Source: Desulfobacteraceae bacterium
GTDB lineage: Bacteria; Desulfobacterota; Desulfobacteria; Desulfobacterales; ETH-SRB1
NCBI GenBank assembly: GCA_028571455.1
Contig: JAPVVG010000103.1
Coordinates: 4,847-68,846 of the forward strand
DNA: 64,000 bases
Reading direction: 5' to 3'
The stretch's first letter is position 1. Each line of letters begins with the position of its first letter. A program made the translations under genes and the position numbers. Below the pieces are notes generated by a model. That model was not told the origin of the DNA and searched no databases. It worked only from the letters and a program-made list of their open reading frames with translations. Of the stretch, positions 30,355 through 45,504 are shown piece after piece.

Positions 30355-31198
30355 AAAGCAAATATCACAATATATAGCCCCCCTTTCCCCTATTCCGACC
30401 ACACTTTGCCGGACCGGAAACTTAAAAAAAAAGATCAAATGCATGATCTTTGATATTTACGGCACACTATTTATCAGCGCATCCGGCGACATCGGCATTG
30501 CAAAAAAAAAGTCCCTAAAAGCATACAAAGAATCATACGAACTGGAACAATTGCTGATTAAATTCAAAATAAGAAAAACCCGTAAGGCTGTTTTGAATGA
30601 TCTTTTCTCAGGTATTGAAAAGAAACATGATGAACTAAGAAAACAGGGAATTGACTTCCCGGAAGTCGAGATAGACCGTATATGGATGGATATTCTGAAA
30701 AGTAATGACCTGGTCACGGTCAGAGAGTTTGCGGTTAGGTTTGAAATGGTCGTAAATCCTGTGTATCCGATGCCGAATCTTAAAGAGATACTTTCCGCCT
30801 GCAAAAAATCAAAAGTATTGTTAGGCATTATCTCTAATGCTCAGTTCTATACACCGTATCTATTCGAGTGGCTCTTGGATTCAAACCTGGAACAGTTAGG
30901 ATTTCATCCTGATCTAATCCTCTTTTCATATAAATCAGGCCACGCAAAACCATCGCCATTTATGTTTCAATCCGCAGTTGAAAGGCTTAAAGGCTTAAAT
31001 GTTCCTGCTGACTCAGCCCTTTACATAGGCAATGATATGCTAAACGACATTTATCCCGCGAAAAATGCCGGATTTAACACAGCCCTTTTTGCAGGAGACG
31101 CAAGATCTTTAAGGCTCAGGAAAGATGTTGCGGAGTGTAAAAACTTATCTGCCGATCTTGTAATAACCGATCTGATTCAACTTCTTGACTATATCTAA
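30344..31198 (+). CDS. HAD-superfamily hydrolase
   Basis: 284 aa. Motif I-like IFDIYGTLF, plus ISNAQ and the C-terminal GNDMLNDI motif. Confidence 0.7.
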   Translation: MLNKKQISQYIAPLSPIPTTLCRTGNLKKKIKCMIFDIYGTLFISASGDIGIAKKKSLKAYKESYELEQLLIKFKIRKTRKAVLNDLFSGIEKKHDELRKQGIDFPEVEIDRIWMDILKSNDLVTVREFAVRFEMVVNPVYPMPNLKEILSACKKSKVLLGIISNAQFYTPYLFEWLLDSNLEQLGFHPDLILFSYKSGHAKPSPFMFQSAVERLKGLNVPADSALYIGNDMLNDIYPAKNAGFNTALFAGDARSLRLRKDVAECKNLSADLVITDLIQLLDYI

Positions 31199-31399
31199 GT
31201 CATATACCTCCGGCACCCGCAGAGCCTCCAGGCCGGATAGTAGAGCCTACAGCTCGTAGAGCGTGATTTTAAATCCACACCGGCATCAGAAGAAAAACCT
31301 GTCACCCCCGTGATAACAGACAGGTGTTCTAAGAATGCACTAAACTGTTACCCGTAAACTGGAAAACTAAAGGGCGTCCCCAAGAGACACTCGAAATAT

Positions 31400-31768
31400 T
31401 CAACTCAGACGATCTGCTTTGACGTGGAGGGCCTTGGCAAACCGCTTCGCCATGTCTGGTGCGAGCCTGCGTTTTCCTCTTTCATAATCACTGATCATGT
31501 TTTGGCGGATACGCATTTTCTTGGCAAGCTGGGCTTGTGTCAAGCCCGCTTTGAGCCTGGCTGCAGCCAAGAGATTGCCTATACGATTGGACTGCATTTC
31601 CTTCCAAAAATCAGTCTCCTCAACAGGCATGCTGTCGGACTTGTCGGAAGTGAGTACGCTCACTTCAAACTTCTTGCTGATCCATGTGATGAGCTCATCA
31701 GCATGCTCACCATGTATCGACAACTCAATATGGGGCTTTTTCACGAGAACCAACATAATACACCTCAA
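31400..31768 (-). CDS. XRE-family HTH antitoxin (HigA-like)
   Basis: C-terminal HTH LKAGLTQAQLAKKMRIRQNMISDYERGKR. It overlaps the 3' end of the upstream toxin gene. Confidence 0.75.
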   Translation of the reverse strand: MRCIMLVLVKKPHIELSIHGEHADELITWISKKFEVSVLTSDKSDSMPVEETDFWKEMQSNRIGNLLAAARLKAGLTQAQLAKKMRIRQNMISDYERGKRRLAPDMAKRFAKALHVKADRLS

Positions 31769-31991
31769 TTTCTATTTCTTCTTTTCGACAAGTCCAGCAA
31801 GCCACATGGCGGTAGGTCAGGTGGCAGTGGTATCTGTCTTTTCCCAAAGGAGAGAAGTTTTTCCAACTTTTCTGAATAGGGCCGTCTGCTATCAGGTCTT
31901 CAATCAATAAGAAAAGAAGCTTTTTTACATCCTTTGGTAGCTTCTTTAATCCTCGATTAACCCTCTTATTAATTCTGACCTGATATTTCAT
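31725..31991 (-). CDS. RelE/ParE-superfamily type II toxin (toxin-first, HigB-like arrangement)
   Basis: 88 aa: MKYQVRINKRVNRGLKKLPKDV...YRHVACWTCRKEEIEIEVYYVGSRE. The size and the paired HTH gene fit a type II toxin. Confidence 0.7.
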   Translation of the reverse strand: MKYQVRINKRVNRGLKKLPKDVKKLLFLLIEDLIADGPIQKSWKNFSPLGKDRYHCHLTYRHVACWTCRKEEIEIEVYYVGSREKAPY

Positions 31992-32111
31992 AAAACAATA
32001 ATATTACTAAATACGGTAATATGCAAGTGTTTTTATTTTTGGTCTATTGGTGTTAAACTTCGAGGCTTGCGTCCATTTGTAAATCAGTTGTCGGTTTAGC
32101 ATGTTGATAAT

Positions 32112-32288
32112 ATGATATTTTTTATGCTACGATCAGTTAGATTGGATGCGGCCGGTGCGGTGCACCATGTAATTATACGGGGAATAGAACGTAGAAAGAT
32201 ATTCAAAGACAGCCAATCCGGCATGGTTTATGCGATAAACAAAGGGGAAAGGATAACCAAAGAGAGAGACTATCAATTGCTCAAATGA
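32112..32288 (+). pseudogene. Truncated Y1 (IS200/IS605 or RayT-like) transposase remnant
   Basis: Own translation: MIFFMLRSVRLDAAGAVHHVIIRGIERRKIFKD..., then unrelated sequence and a stop after 58 aa. The HHVxxRG segment is the N-terminal HUH region of Y1 transposases. Confidence 0.55.
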
Positions 32289-32534
32289 GTTACTGATTTA
32301 CTAATGGATCCATAGTTCCCCCAATCCCACGGGCTATGATGTGATGCAACGCACCAGGCGCATCTATTCTCGACTTTCTTGGCATGATAAACGCTTAGCA
32401 CATCAATTATCATTTGCAAACTGTAAAACTAAAGGGCATCCCCAAAGAATTTCTATAACATTTTATCTGACATGGGTCAATAGTAGACTTGACCCCATTT
32501 CTACAGTAGACTTGACCCCATTTCACAGCTAAAT

Positions 32535-39264
<6,730 letters not shown>

Positions 39265-39493
39265 TGTTTCTGTCTAACTTATTAAATTTAAAAAGGTTAT
39301 TTTCTGTTTTCTGCGAAACTGTTTTTTCAACGTATAATATCTTCGATTATCAAAAAACATTTTTGGCAAACTCCTTGTTTTCAACACATTACACGCAGTG
39401 CGAACCATTTTAGCAATATCTGCCTCCAAATAAAGCCCCTGCGGGAGCGATATCGGATACAGTCATTTGCGAGCTTCCGGTTCGCAGATAGTT
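39265..39493 (-). other. CRISPR leader (AT-rich, between cas2 and the first repeat)
   Basis: 229-bp AT-rich non-coding interval directly between the cas2 stop and the newest repeat. No promoter could be pinned down by eye. Confidence 0.7.
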
Positions 39494-39784
39494 CTAAACA
39501 ATCAACGGCCCCTCCTGGTCAACTGACTTTTTAGCTCCAACATGCTCTACACGACGTTTCCAATTTGATCCTAAAAAATAAAACCTGAGGCTGTCTTCCT
39601 TCGGGTCAATCTCATCAATCAACCTCTGGCGAAGAACCGTCCACTGTGCAGGGTCAACGATACATTCAAAAACAGAATATTGAACCCGCTGCCCATAATC
39701 CTGACACGTCTTTGCCACCCTGCGCAGACGGCGCTGACCTCCATCCTTACTGGTGGCAACATCATAGCTGACAAGTACAAACAT
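39494..39784 (-). CDS. cas2: CRISPR-associated endoribonuclease Cas2
   Basis: 96 aa: MFVLVSYDV...YSVFEC. It is the last gene before the leader. Confidence 0.95.
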   Translation of the reverse strand: MFVLVSYDVATSKDGGQRRLRRVAKTCQDYGQRVQYSVFECIVDPAQWTVLRQRLIDEIDPKEDSLRFYFLGSNWKRRVEHVGAKKSVDQEGPLIV

Positions 39785-39793
39785 ACCACTCTC

Positions 39794-40825
39794 CTACTTC
39801 CAGATAAAAGGTGGATAACCATCCAGGTCTCCGCGCAAGTAACGAGCCATCAACAAGGCCTGCATATGAAACAACAAGCCGATTGTAACCTTTTCTTCAA
39901 TAAACGGATGCATTATCTCATCTTGTTTTCTTCTCTGATAGGCAACCAAAACAGTCTTTCTTGTCTCGTCATCCATCAATACAGCGCCTGATTCTGACTT
40001 TTTAAATCCTTTTTTCTGCACCTGTGAAAGATTTATCAGCGAAAGTGTTAAACGATCTGCAATAAAAGGACGAAATTCTTCCATCAGGTCGAGTGCAAGT
40101 CCGGGCCTGCCCGGACGGTCTCTGTGCAAAAAACCAACCGCTGGGTCCAATCCCACAGATTCAAGGGCAGAACGAACATCGTGCATTACAAGTGTGTATA
40201 AAAACGACAGAAGGCAATTTACGTTGTCCAATGGTGGCCGTCGATTTCGATCCTGGAAAAAGAAGTCTTTTTTTTGAGAGGTAATCAGGTGATCAAATAC
40301 TTTAAAATAGACATGCGCTGCATCACCTTCAATGCCTCGCATGGAATCCAAAGGTACATCTTCCTGTAAACGCTTCAGAGAATAGCTAATCTGCTTTGAT
40401 ACTTGGCTGACTTTATCTGCATCAAGCTTATCGGAGTGGTCTCTTAATGCCCTTTGCAGTACAGTGCGGCAGTTGGCAAGTTTGCCGGTAAGCACAGATC
40501 TTGCCATTTGAGCAGAAAAAGTCATGTCATCTGCCCTGCGGTATTGTTCCCGCCGCAGCAGGACATTTCCGGAAACAGGGCCCTGCACCCTTGCAAGAAA
40601 GCGTCCATACTCAGATAAAAAGCTGATAGACACATCGCGCTCGGCGCAAAAGCCCATCAAAAACGGGCTGCAACCTACATTGCCAAAACAGACAATCCCT
40701 CCTAATGTATGGACGGGAACACGCAAGCGGGTTTGTTTTTCCACCCTTACGATAACCGATTCGCCTTCTTTTGCAAGATAGGCTCCCTGTGTAGTTACAA
40801 AAAGGGTATTAAGATGTCTTTTCAT
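39794..40825 (-). CDS. cas1: CRISPR-associated endonuclease Cas1 (type I-C)
   Basis: 343 aa with the conserved Cas1 core. ATGA overlap with cas4. Confidence 0.95.
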   Translation of the reverse strand: MKRHLNTLFVTTQGAYLAKEGESVIVRVEKQTRLRVPVHTLGGIVCFGNVGCSPFLMGFCAERDVSISFLSEYGRFLARVQGPVSGNVLLRREQYRRADDMTFSAQMARSVLTGKLANCRTVLQRALRDHSDKLDADKVSQVSKQISYSLKRLQEDVPLDSMRGIEGDAAHVYFKVFDHLITSQKKDFFFQDRNRRPPLDNVNCLLSFLYTLVMHDVRSALESVGLDPAVGFLHRDRPGRPGLALDLMEEFRPFIADRLTLSLINLSQVQKKGFKKSESGAVLMDDETRKTVLVAYQRRKQDEIMHPFIEEKVTIGLLFHMQALLMARYLRGDLDGYPPFIWK

Positions 40826-41472
40826 GATTCTCGAATCGCTCCCGACAAGTAGCGTTTTACTGAACGTTTTCTTTCAATAGTTTTCGGCAGGCATATCTTC
40901 GCCAGTGAACAACTGTCACACTTTGGCGTATAGACTGGTTTTGGAGTCAGGCCGGATGCAATCAGTTCGTGGAGACGCATTGCCGTGTCTTCAGTCTGCT
41001 GTCTCAATGCGCCATCAAAGATAACATCTGTTCTCCGGCGCTTCTTCCCATAAAAAAGCGCACCGCACGGAACCTCAACATTTAGCATTTCTTCCAGACA
41101 GAGCGCCTGAGCGCAAAGCTGTACCTTATCGCAATTATTCTTCTTTGGTTTGCCGCGTTTATATTCCACGGGAAACGGTATCCACACCAACGATCCTGCT
41201 TTCTGCAAAGCCGGCTTTCGATGAAACTCAACAACGTCCGCCTTGCCGATTAGCCCCAGCCGAAATGAACGAAGCCACATGCTGTACTCAATGCGAACTT
41301 TGCCTCTGGATTGCCGATCTGCCTCATGAACCCGCTCGTGCATAATTTTGCCTTCGGCAGTAAAAAGGTTTTCCGCCCACGCCTGCTCAATATGTATTAG
41401 AGCGCACTGCCGCTCGCAAAAAATCAGATGCTGCAAGGCAGAAAGTGGAATGAGGTCGTCTTCTGAGTACAT
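40822..41472 (-). CDS. cas4: CRISPR-associated exonuclease Cas4 (RecB-like nuclease with 4-Cys cluster)
   Basis: 216 aa with an N-terminal Cys (FCERQCAL), C-terminal CDSCSLAKIC and a nuclease core (IGKADVVEF). Confidence 0.9.
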   Translation of the reverse strand: MYSEDDLIPLSALQHLIFCERQCALIHIEQAWAENLFTAEGKIMHERVHEADRQSRGKVRIEYSMWLRSFRLGLIGKADVVEFHRKPALQKAGSLVWIPFPVEYKRGKPKKNNCDKVQLCAQALCLEEMLNVEVPCGALFYGKKRRRTDVIFDGALRQQTEDTAMRLHELIASGLTPKPVYTPKCDSCSLAKICLPKTIERKRSVKRYLSGAIRES

Positions 41473-41499
41473 ATAAAAAAATTCTGAAACTTTTCAGTA

Positions 41500-42141
41500 T
41501 CAGCCTTCCTCTGAAATAAGGTTCACAATAAGCCGAATCATCAATTCCTTCTGCCCCGGTTCACTCGCTGCCGTCAGAAGGGCAAGCGCCACGAGCGCCT
41601 TGTTGCTGAAGCTTTTTTGATCCAACAAGTCATTCTTTTTGAGAAACAACAGGAAGAGAAAAGAGCCGATCCTCTTGTTACCATCCGTGAAAGGATGATC
41701 CTTGATCACGAAATAGAGGAGATGGGCCGCCAGTCTGCGCTGATTAAGCGAATAACCACGCACGAGATGGTCTTTTAGAACGGTGGTAGCCCAAATGCGA
41801 AACTGAGTGCCGCGTTTAGCATTCACCCGATAACCTACCGCTATAATGACATCTAAATTATAATAATTCGTTTGGTAAGTTTTACCGTCACCAGCAGTAT
41901 GTGCAAATTTTGCACATACTGCCTTTTTATCTAATTCTTCACTCCGAAAAATATTGTTAATATGCTTGGTTACAACACTTCTCTCCGTTTCAAAAAGAGA
42001 GGCTATCTGTTTCTGACTGAGCCATACGGTTTCATCCTGAAGATGAACATCCAGCGCTGCCTGCCCGTCCTCAGACTGATACAATACGATTTCGCCGAGA
42101 TCGGAATTAATGCTTTCGATCTTTCCTGCCTTTCGAGTCAT
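41500..42141 (-). CDS. Chimeric RhuM-N-terminal / Fic-Doc-core protein inserted in the cas operon
   Basis: 213 aa. Residues 1 to about 125 parallel the RhuM protein at 50772-51800 (LSQKQIASLFETERSVVTKHINNIF vs LTQKKMAELFEKGRTTITEHLKNIF; AVGYRVNAKRGTQFRIWAT vs AVGFRVNSHRAIEFRKWAG). The C-terminus carries the Doc-type motif HPFTDGNKRIGSF. Confidence 0.8.
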   Translation of the reverse strand: MTRKAGKIESINSDLGEIVLYQSEDGQAALDVHLQDETVWLSQKQIASLFETERSVVTKHINNIFRSEELDKKAVCAKFAHTAGDGKTYQTNYYNLDVIIAVGYRVNAKRGTQFRIWATTVLKDHLVRGYSLNQRRLAAHLLYFVIKDHPFTDGNKRIGSFLFLLFLKKNDLLDQKSFSNKALVALALLTAASEPGQKELMIRLIVNLISEEG

Positions 42142-42317
42142 TGTTATTGCTCCACGTTGCTACTTTTTTCCTTCAACCGCTTACTGCTTTCCTGTTCAGC
42201 CTTCGGGGATGGGATGGACTGAACAATGCGAAAAATGCCCTCGGTGTTGGCCGTAATTTGTTTTACGCATCTTGCCGTCAAGGGCTTTCAGATGATGATT
42301 TTTGCATTATTGATCAA

Positions 42318-43166
42318 TCAGAAGCCATCAACGATCTCTGGCTTTAGGTCATCAAAGGAATTGAGCTTTTCGGAATCCAAAGAACCGTCCGGATTTACAG
42401 AAAGTCTCCTGTGAACTTTTGCCGATGAATATTGCCCATGTGGACAATTATGCTGCCACCAAACCATCTTAAGAACTTCCATACTTCCTTCCGGTCGAGC
42501 CGAGGATGCGTCATTTTCAAAAAGCTTTGGCAGTATATTCTTAATAGCCAAGGCGTCTTCATCGCCGAAGCCGGTTTTTGTTGCAAGTTGAGGGTTCATG
42601 CTGCCATAAAACACGTAAACCCCTTCATCTACACGATGCTTCATGCCCATCGTATCGGAACCTTTTTTCGTGCCGTCACCTTCTCCGCTGACACTCTTGG
42701 TGATCTGGGTGCTTGTAATATCCACGGGAAATAAAGAAAAGGCCGTATGAATCGAAACCGGACCTCTTACGCCGATTGACACGCCGGAACCTTTTTTTTC
42801 TCCGGCATACGCAAAAACCTGTCCGAATGCCCGGATATCAAACCATTTTTTGCAGGCTAATTCAGCATTTTCTTTAGAGGACTTTTTTGAATCTATAACC
42901 GTTTCAGCTCGTTCACGGAGATTTTTGCAATCATCAAGTTTGTTGTCATCAGATTGAACGAAAATTTGATATTTATACTCATCATTTTCTTTGACTTCCA
43001 TTAAACGATTTCTGATTTTTCGTTTGATGCAAACGTCTGAAACTTCTCCGATCCTGTTGTAACTTGTGCGGGGCCGGTTTCCGTTCAAAGGATCTCCATT
43101 AGGGTTGGCATTTTTAACTTTAAACACAACGGCGAAATCAATTTTATTCGTTAGGCTCATTATCAT
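42318..43166 (-). CDS. cas7: Type I-C Cascade backbone subunit Cas7c (Csd2)
   Basis: 282 aa: VKNANPNGDPLNGNRPR..., typical of Csd2. It lies between cas8c and cas4. Confidence 0.9.
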   Translation of the reverse strand: MIMSLTNKIDFAVVFKVKNANPNGDPLNGNRPRTSYNRIGEVSDVCIKRKIRNRLMEVKENDEYKYQIFVQSDDNKLDDCKNLRERAETVIDSKKSSKENAELACKKWFDIRAFGQVFAYAGEKKGSGVSIGVRGPVSIHTAFSLFPVDITSTQITKSVSGEGDGTKKGSDTMGMKHRVDEGVYVFYGSMNPQLATKTGFGDEDALAIKNILPKLFENDASSARPEGSMEVLKMVWWQHNCPHGQYSSAKVHRRLSVNPDGSLDSEKLNSFDDLKPEIVDGF

Positions 43167-45504
43167 TCTCCTCTTTGTTAGTAGTGTTTTCCTGAGTTGA
43201 TTTGAAAAGTTCTACTCGTTGGCAATGGAATCCTAAAAGAAATTCTCCAGACAACGGATCATCGGATGCATAACCGGAAACATCGGTGAATAAACCGTGA
43301 ATATCATCGAGTTCTTTATCGTATTTATTGGTTCTGTTAAGCTTGGCCTTATAGGGTGTTAAGGCCAGCTCAATGGTTTTCCATGTGCTGCATGGTCGTT
43401 CCGCAAACCGTTGCATCAACTTTGTTGCATTGGTCTGCCTGCTTTCATTTGAAAGTTTGAGCGCATACCCCTCAAGGCAGTCTGCTACCGCAAGCAGTCG
43501 CCCATAGAGATAGTCTCTGGTTTTTCGTTCTTGATCAAGTCCCATGGTGAAATCCTCCTTTTCTTTGAAATAATATCTATAAAGTCCGCAAGCGATTCCC
43601 AAAGTTTTCTGCCATGCCCACTCAGGCAAACTTTGTCTTTGGGTCGCTTTTTTTATACATGAATCAACAATATCCCAAGGTAGTGGCGTACCATCAATAA
43701 TGCATGGAATTAATCGCTCAACTGTTGTTTTCTGTAAGCTATCATCGACCTTAATTAGATCTCCGTCCTTTGTTCCATAAGCTGCCTGGGCAATATCTTT
43801 GGGAGCTGGCGCTCCGTAAAACATTTTGTCTTTTGAAAATCGTTGCAGCCATGCGCATCCCTGATGCCACGATTCTAAACGGTCTATAAAATCAGAACCG
43901 GTCAATTCACGGTAATAAGTAACTGCCATGCGACCTGGGGTAGCGGAGTCGATTCCCATTACAACAATTTGATCTGTTGCCTTCAGTTTAACGGAATAAC
44001 CCGAAAGATACTTTGAGAGGCGAATTCCGAATTCCTGAGCAGTGAATCCGGAAAAGTTTTTCTCTGTTTTTTTTATATCGGTTTCAATCGAAATGTCACT
44101 CAATAAGTCGTCACTGTCTGCCAGCGGATCAGGAACATTTACCGCCGAAACTGCCCACGCGACAAAAGCCAATTTAGGCTCGTTTTTTACGTAAAACACA
44201 TTTTTTCCTTGTCGAGCTATTAACCAGCGCAACGCATTATGGGCTTTTTGGGCCACTCTAACGTCAACTCCGCAAACTTGACATTCATCCGTAAAACGAC
44301 CGCGGTAGGTAAAGCCGGAAGTGTCATTTGATGAAATAAGTTTTGCACCATCGTTATCAGATCTAATCATACGCGGATATTGTTCAGTCTGATATTTCGG
44401 CTCTTCAGTAGTTGATTCTCCAGAAACATAGCAAAAAATATGTTTGCTTCGTGTGCTTTGATAATAATCAATCCAGCTTTGCCATACGGTTTTATCGTAT
44501 TGGATCTCTGAGGATGGTTCTCCTGGGATTTCAACACTCCAGCGGATAAATGTATCCGTTTGTCTTTGACCCTGCCCAAGCACTTTAAAAATATCCGGCT
44601 TATCATCCCGTTTGCCTTTCCATGAGCTGAGCAATTTTCCATTTTCATCCACATGAAGCACTTTCTCAAATACTAAATCTGAAATCAAAGTCCCTTTGGA
44701 TATGTAATGATAGACGGCTTTTACTTTTTGGTTTGCATATTCAGATTTTGCCCATCCCTCTAAAACATCGAGATATCCTATGTATCCTGTCTCAATTGAA
44801 GGATATACGCATTCCAAAATATTAGCTTTCAGATAGTTTTTTTCCTTATCAGAAAGCTGGTCAGCATCACCAATTCGCCTTCTTAATTCTACATATTGTT
44901 CTTTCTGTTCTCTCTTATTGTTTGTTAATTTATTATTATTTTTTCGAATCAGAGGGCTGTCGGAATCAATCAAATCGTAATAAATTTTATCTGTTTTACG
45001 CTCTCTAATATCTGTATCTATCTTTGATGAAAAAACCTGCTTTTTTGCCTTAAAGCTTTCAATGATATCAACAAATTGCTTATTCTCTATTAAAATTCTT
45101 CTCAGGCAACCTTTCTTGTCTTTATCACTATTGCCCAACAGTTCGCCAAACAGCTTTTTATTTCCTTTGAACTTGACGAACAATGAACCAAAGTAATGTT
45201 CTTTAGCGCCACCATATTTTTCATAATCAGCAGCAACATATTGCAATTGATCTGCTAAAGGATGAGGGGCGCAGCCTCTGGTTCTTCCAGCAGAATTTTC
45301 CGTTGCAGGTAATATTGTCTTCGCGGTATCTTCTGGTATAATTGATGCCCGTTTAAATGAGCCATCTCCATCCAGTATTATTTCAACATGTGCCCGTTTT
45401 TTTGTTGTATGGAAAAGAGGCAAAAGCGGTGTTTTATCCTTCTTATCGCCTATATTATCAGTGTTATTTTCGTAGGTTTGATAAAGTTTTTCAATCCAGC
45501 TCAT
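43144..45504 (-). CDS. cas8c: Type I-C large subunit Cas8c (Csd1), unusually long (786 aa)
   Basis: ATG at 45504 is preceded by GAGGAGG. MSWIEKLYQTYENN is a Csd1-like N-terminus. Its position between cas5c and cas7c also fits. Confidence 0.85.
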   Translation of the reverse strand: MSWIEKLYQTYENNTDNIGDKKDKTPLLPLFHTTKKRAHVEIILDGDGSFKRASIIPEDTAKTILPATENSAGRTRGCAPHPLADQLQYVAADYEKYGGAKEHYFGSLFVKFKGNKKLFGELLGNSDKDKKGCLRRILIENKQFVDIIESFKAKKQVFSSKIDTDIRERKTDKIYYDLIDSDSPLIRKNNNKLTNNKREQKEQYVELRRRIGDADQLSDKEKNYLKANILECVYPSIETGYIGYLDVLEGWAKSEYANQKVKAVYHYISKGTLISDLVFEKVLHVDENGKLLSSWKGKRDDKPDIFKVLGQGQRQTDTFIRWSVEIPGEPSSEIQYDKTVWQSWIDYYQSTRSKHIFCYVSGESTTEEPKYQTEQYPRMIRSDNDGAKLISSNDTSGFTYRGRFTDECQVCGVDVRVAQKAHNALRWLIARQGKNVFYVKNEPKLAFVAWAVSAVNVPDPLADSDDLLSDISIETDIKKTEKNFSGFTAQEFGIRLSKYLSGYSVKLKATDQIVVMGIDSATPGRMAVTYYRELTGSDFIDRLESWHQGCAWLQRFSKDKMFYGAPAPKDIAQAAYGTKDGDLIKVDDSLQKTTVERLIPCIIDGTPLPWDIVDSCIKKATQRQSLPEWAWQKTLGIACGLYRYYFKEKEDFTMGLDQERKTRDYLYGRLLAVADCLEGYALKLSNESRQTNATKLMQRFAERPCSTWKTIELALTPYKAKLNRTNKYDKELDDIHGLFTDVSGYASDDPLSGEFLLGFHCQRVELFKSTQENTTNKEENDNEPNE

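Noticed and set aside
31267-31286. TTTTAAATCCACACCGGCAT, which resembles the left part of the CRISPR repeat (variant GTTTAAATCCACGCCC) or a tRNA T-arm
   Set aside because: Only about 11-12 contiguous-ish matches, no hairpin partner and no GCGAC end. No cloverleaf can be drawn. The evidence is too weak to call a repeat remnant or a tRNA fragment.
39435-39451. GCCCCTGCGGGAGCGAT in the leader next to cas2, reminiscent of the repeat's GCCCCCGCATGGGGAGCGAC
   Set aside because: It is short and gapped, lacks the GTTTCAATCCAC half, and could equally be a small hairpin after cas2. Noted only as a possible decayed repeat.
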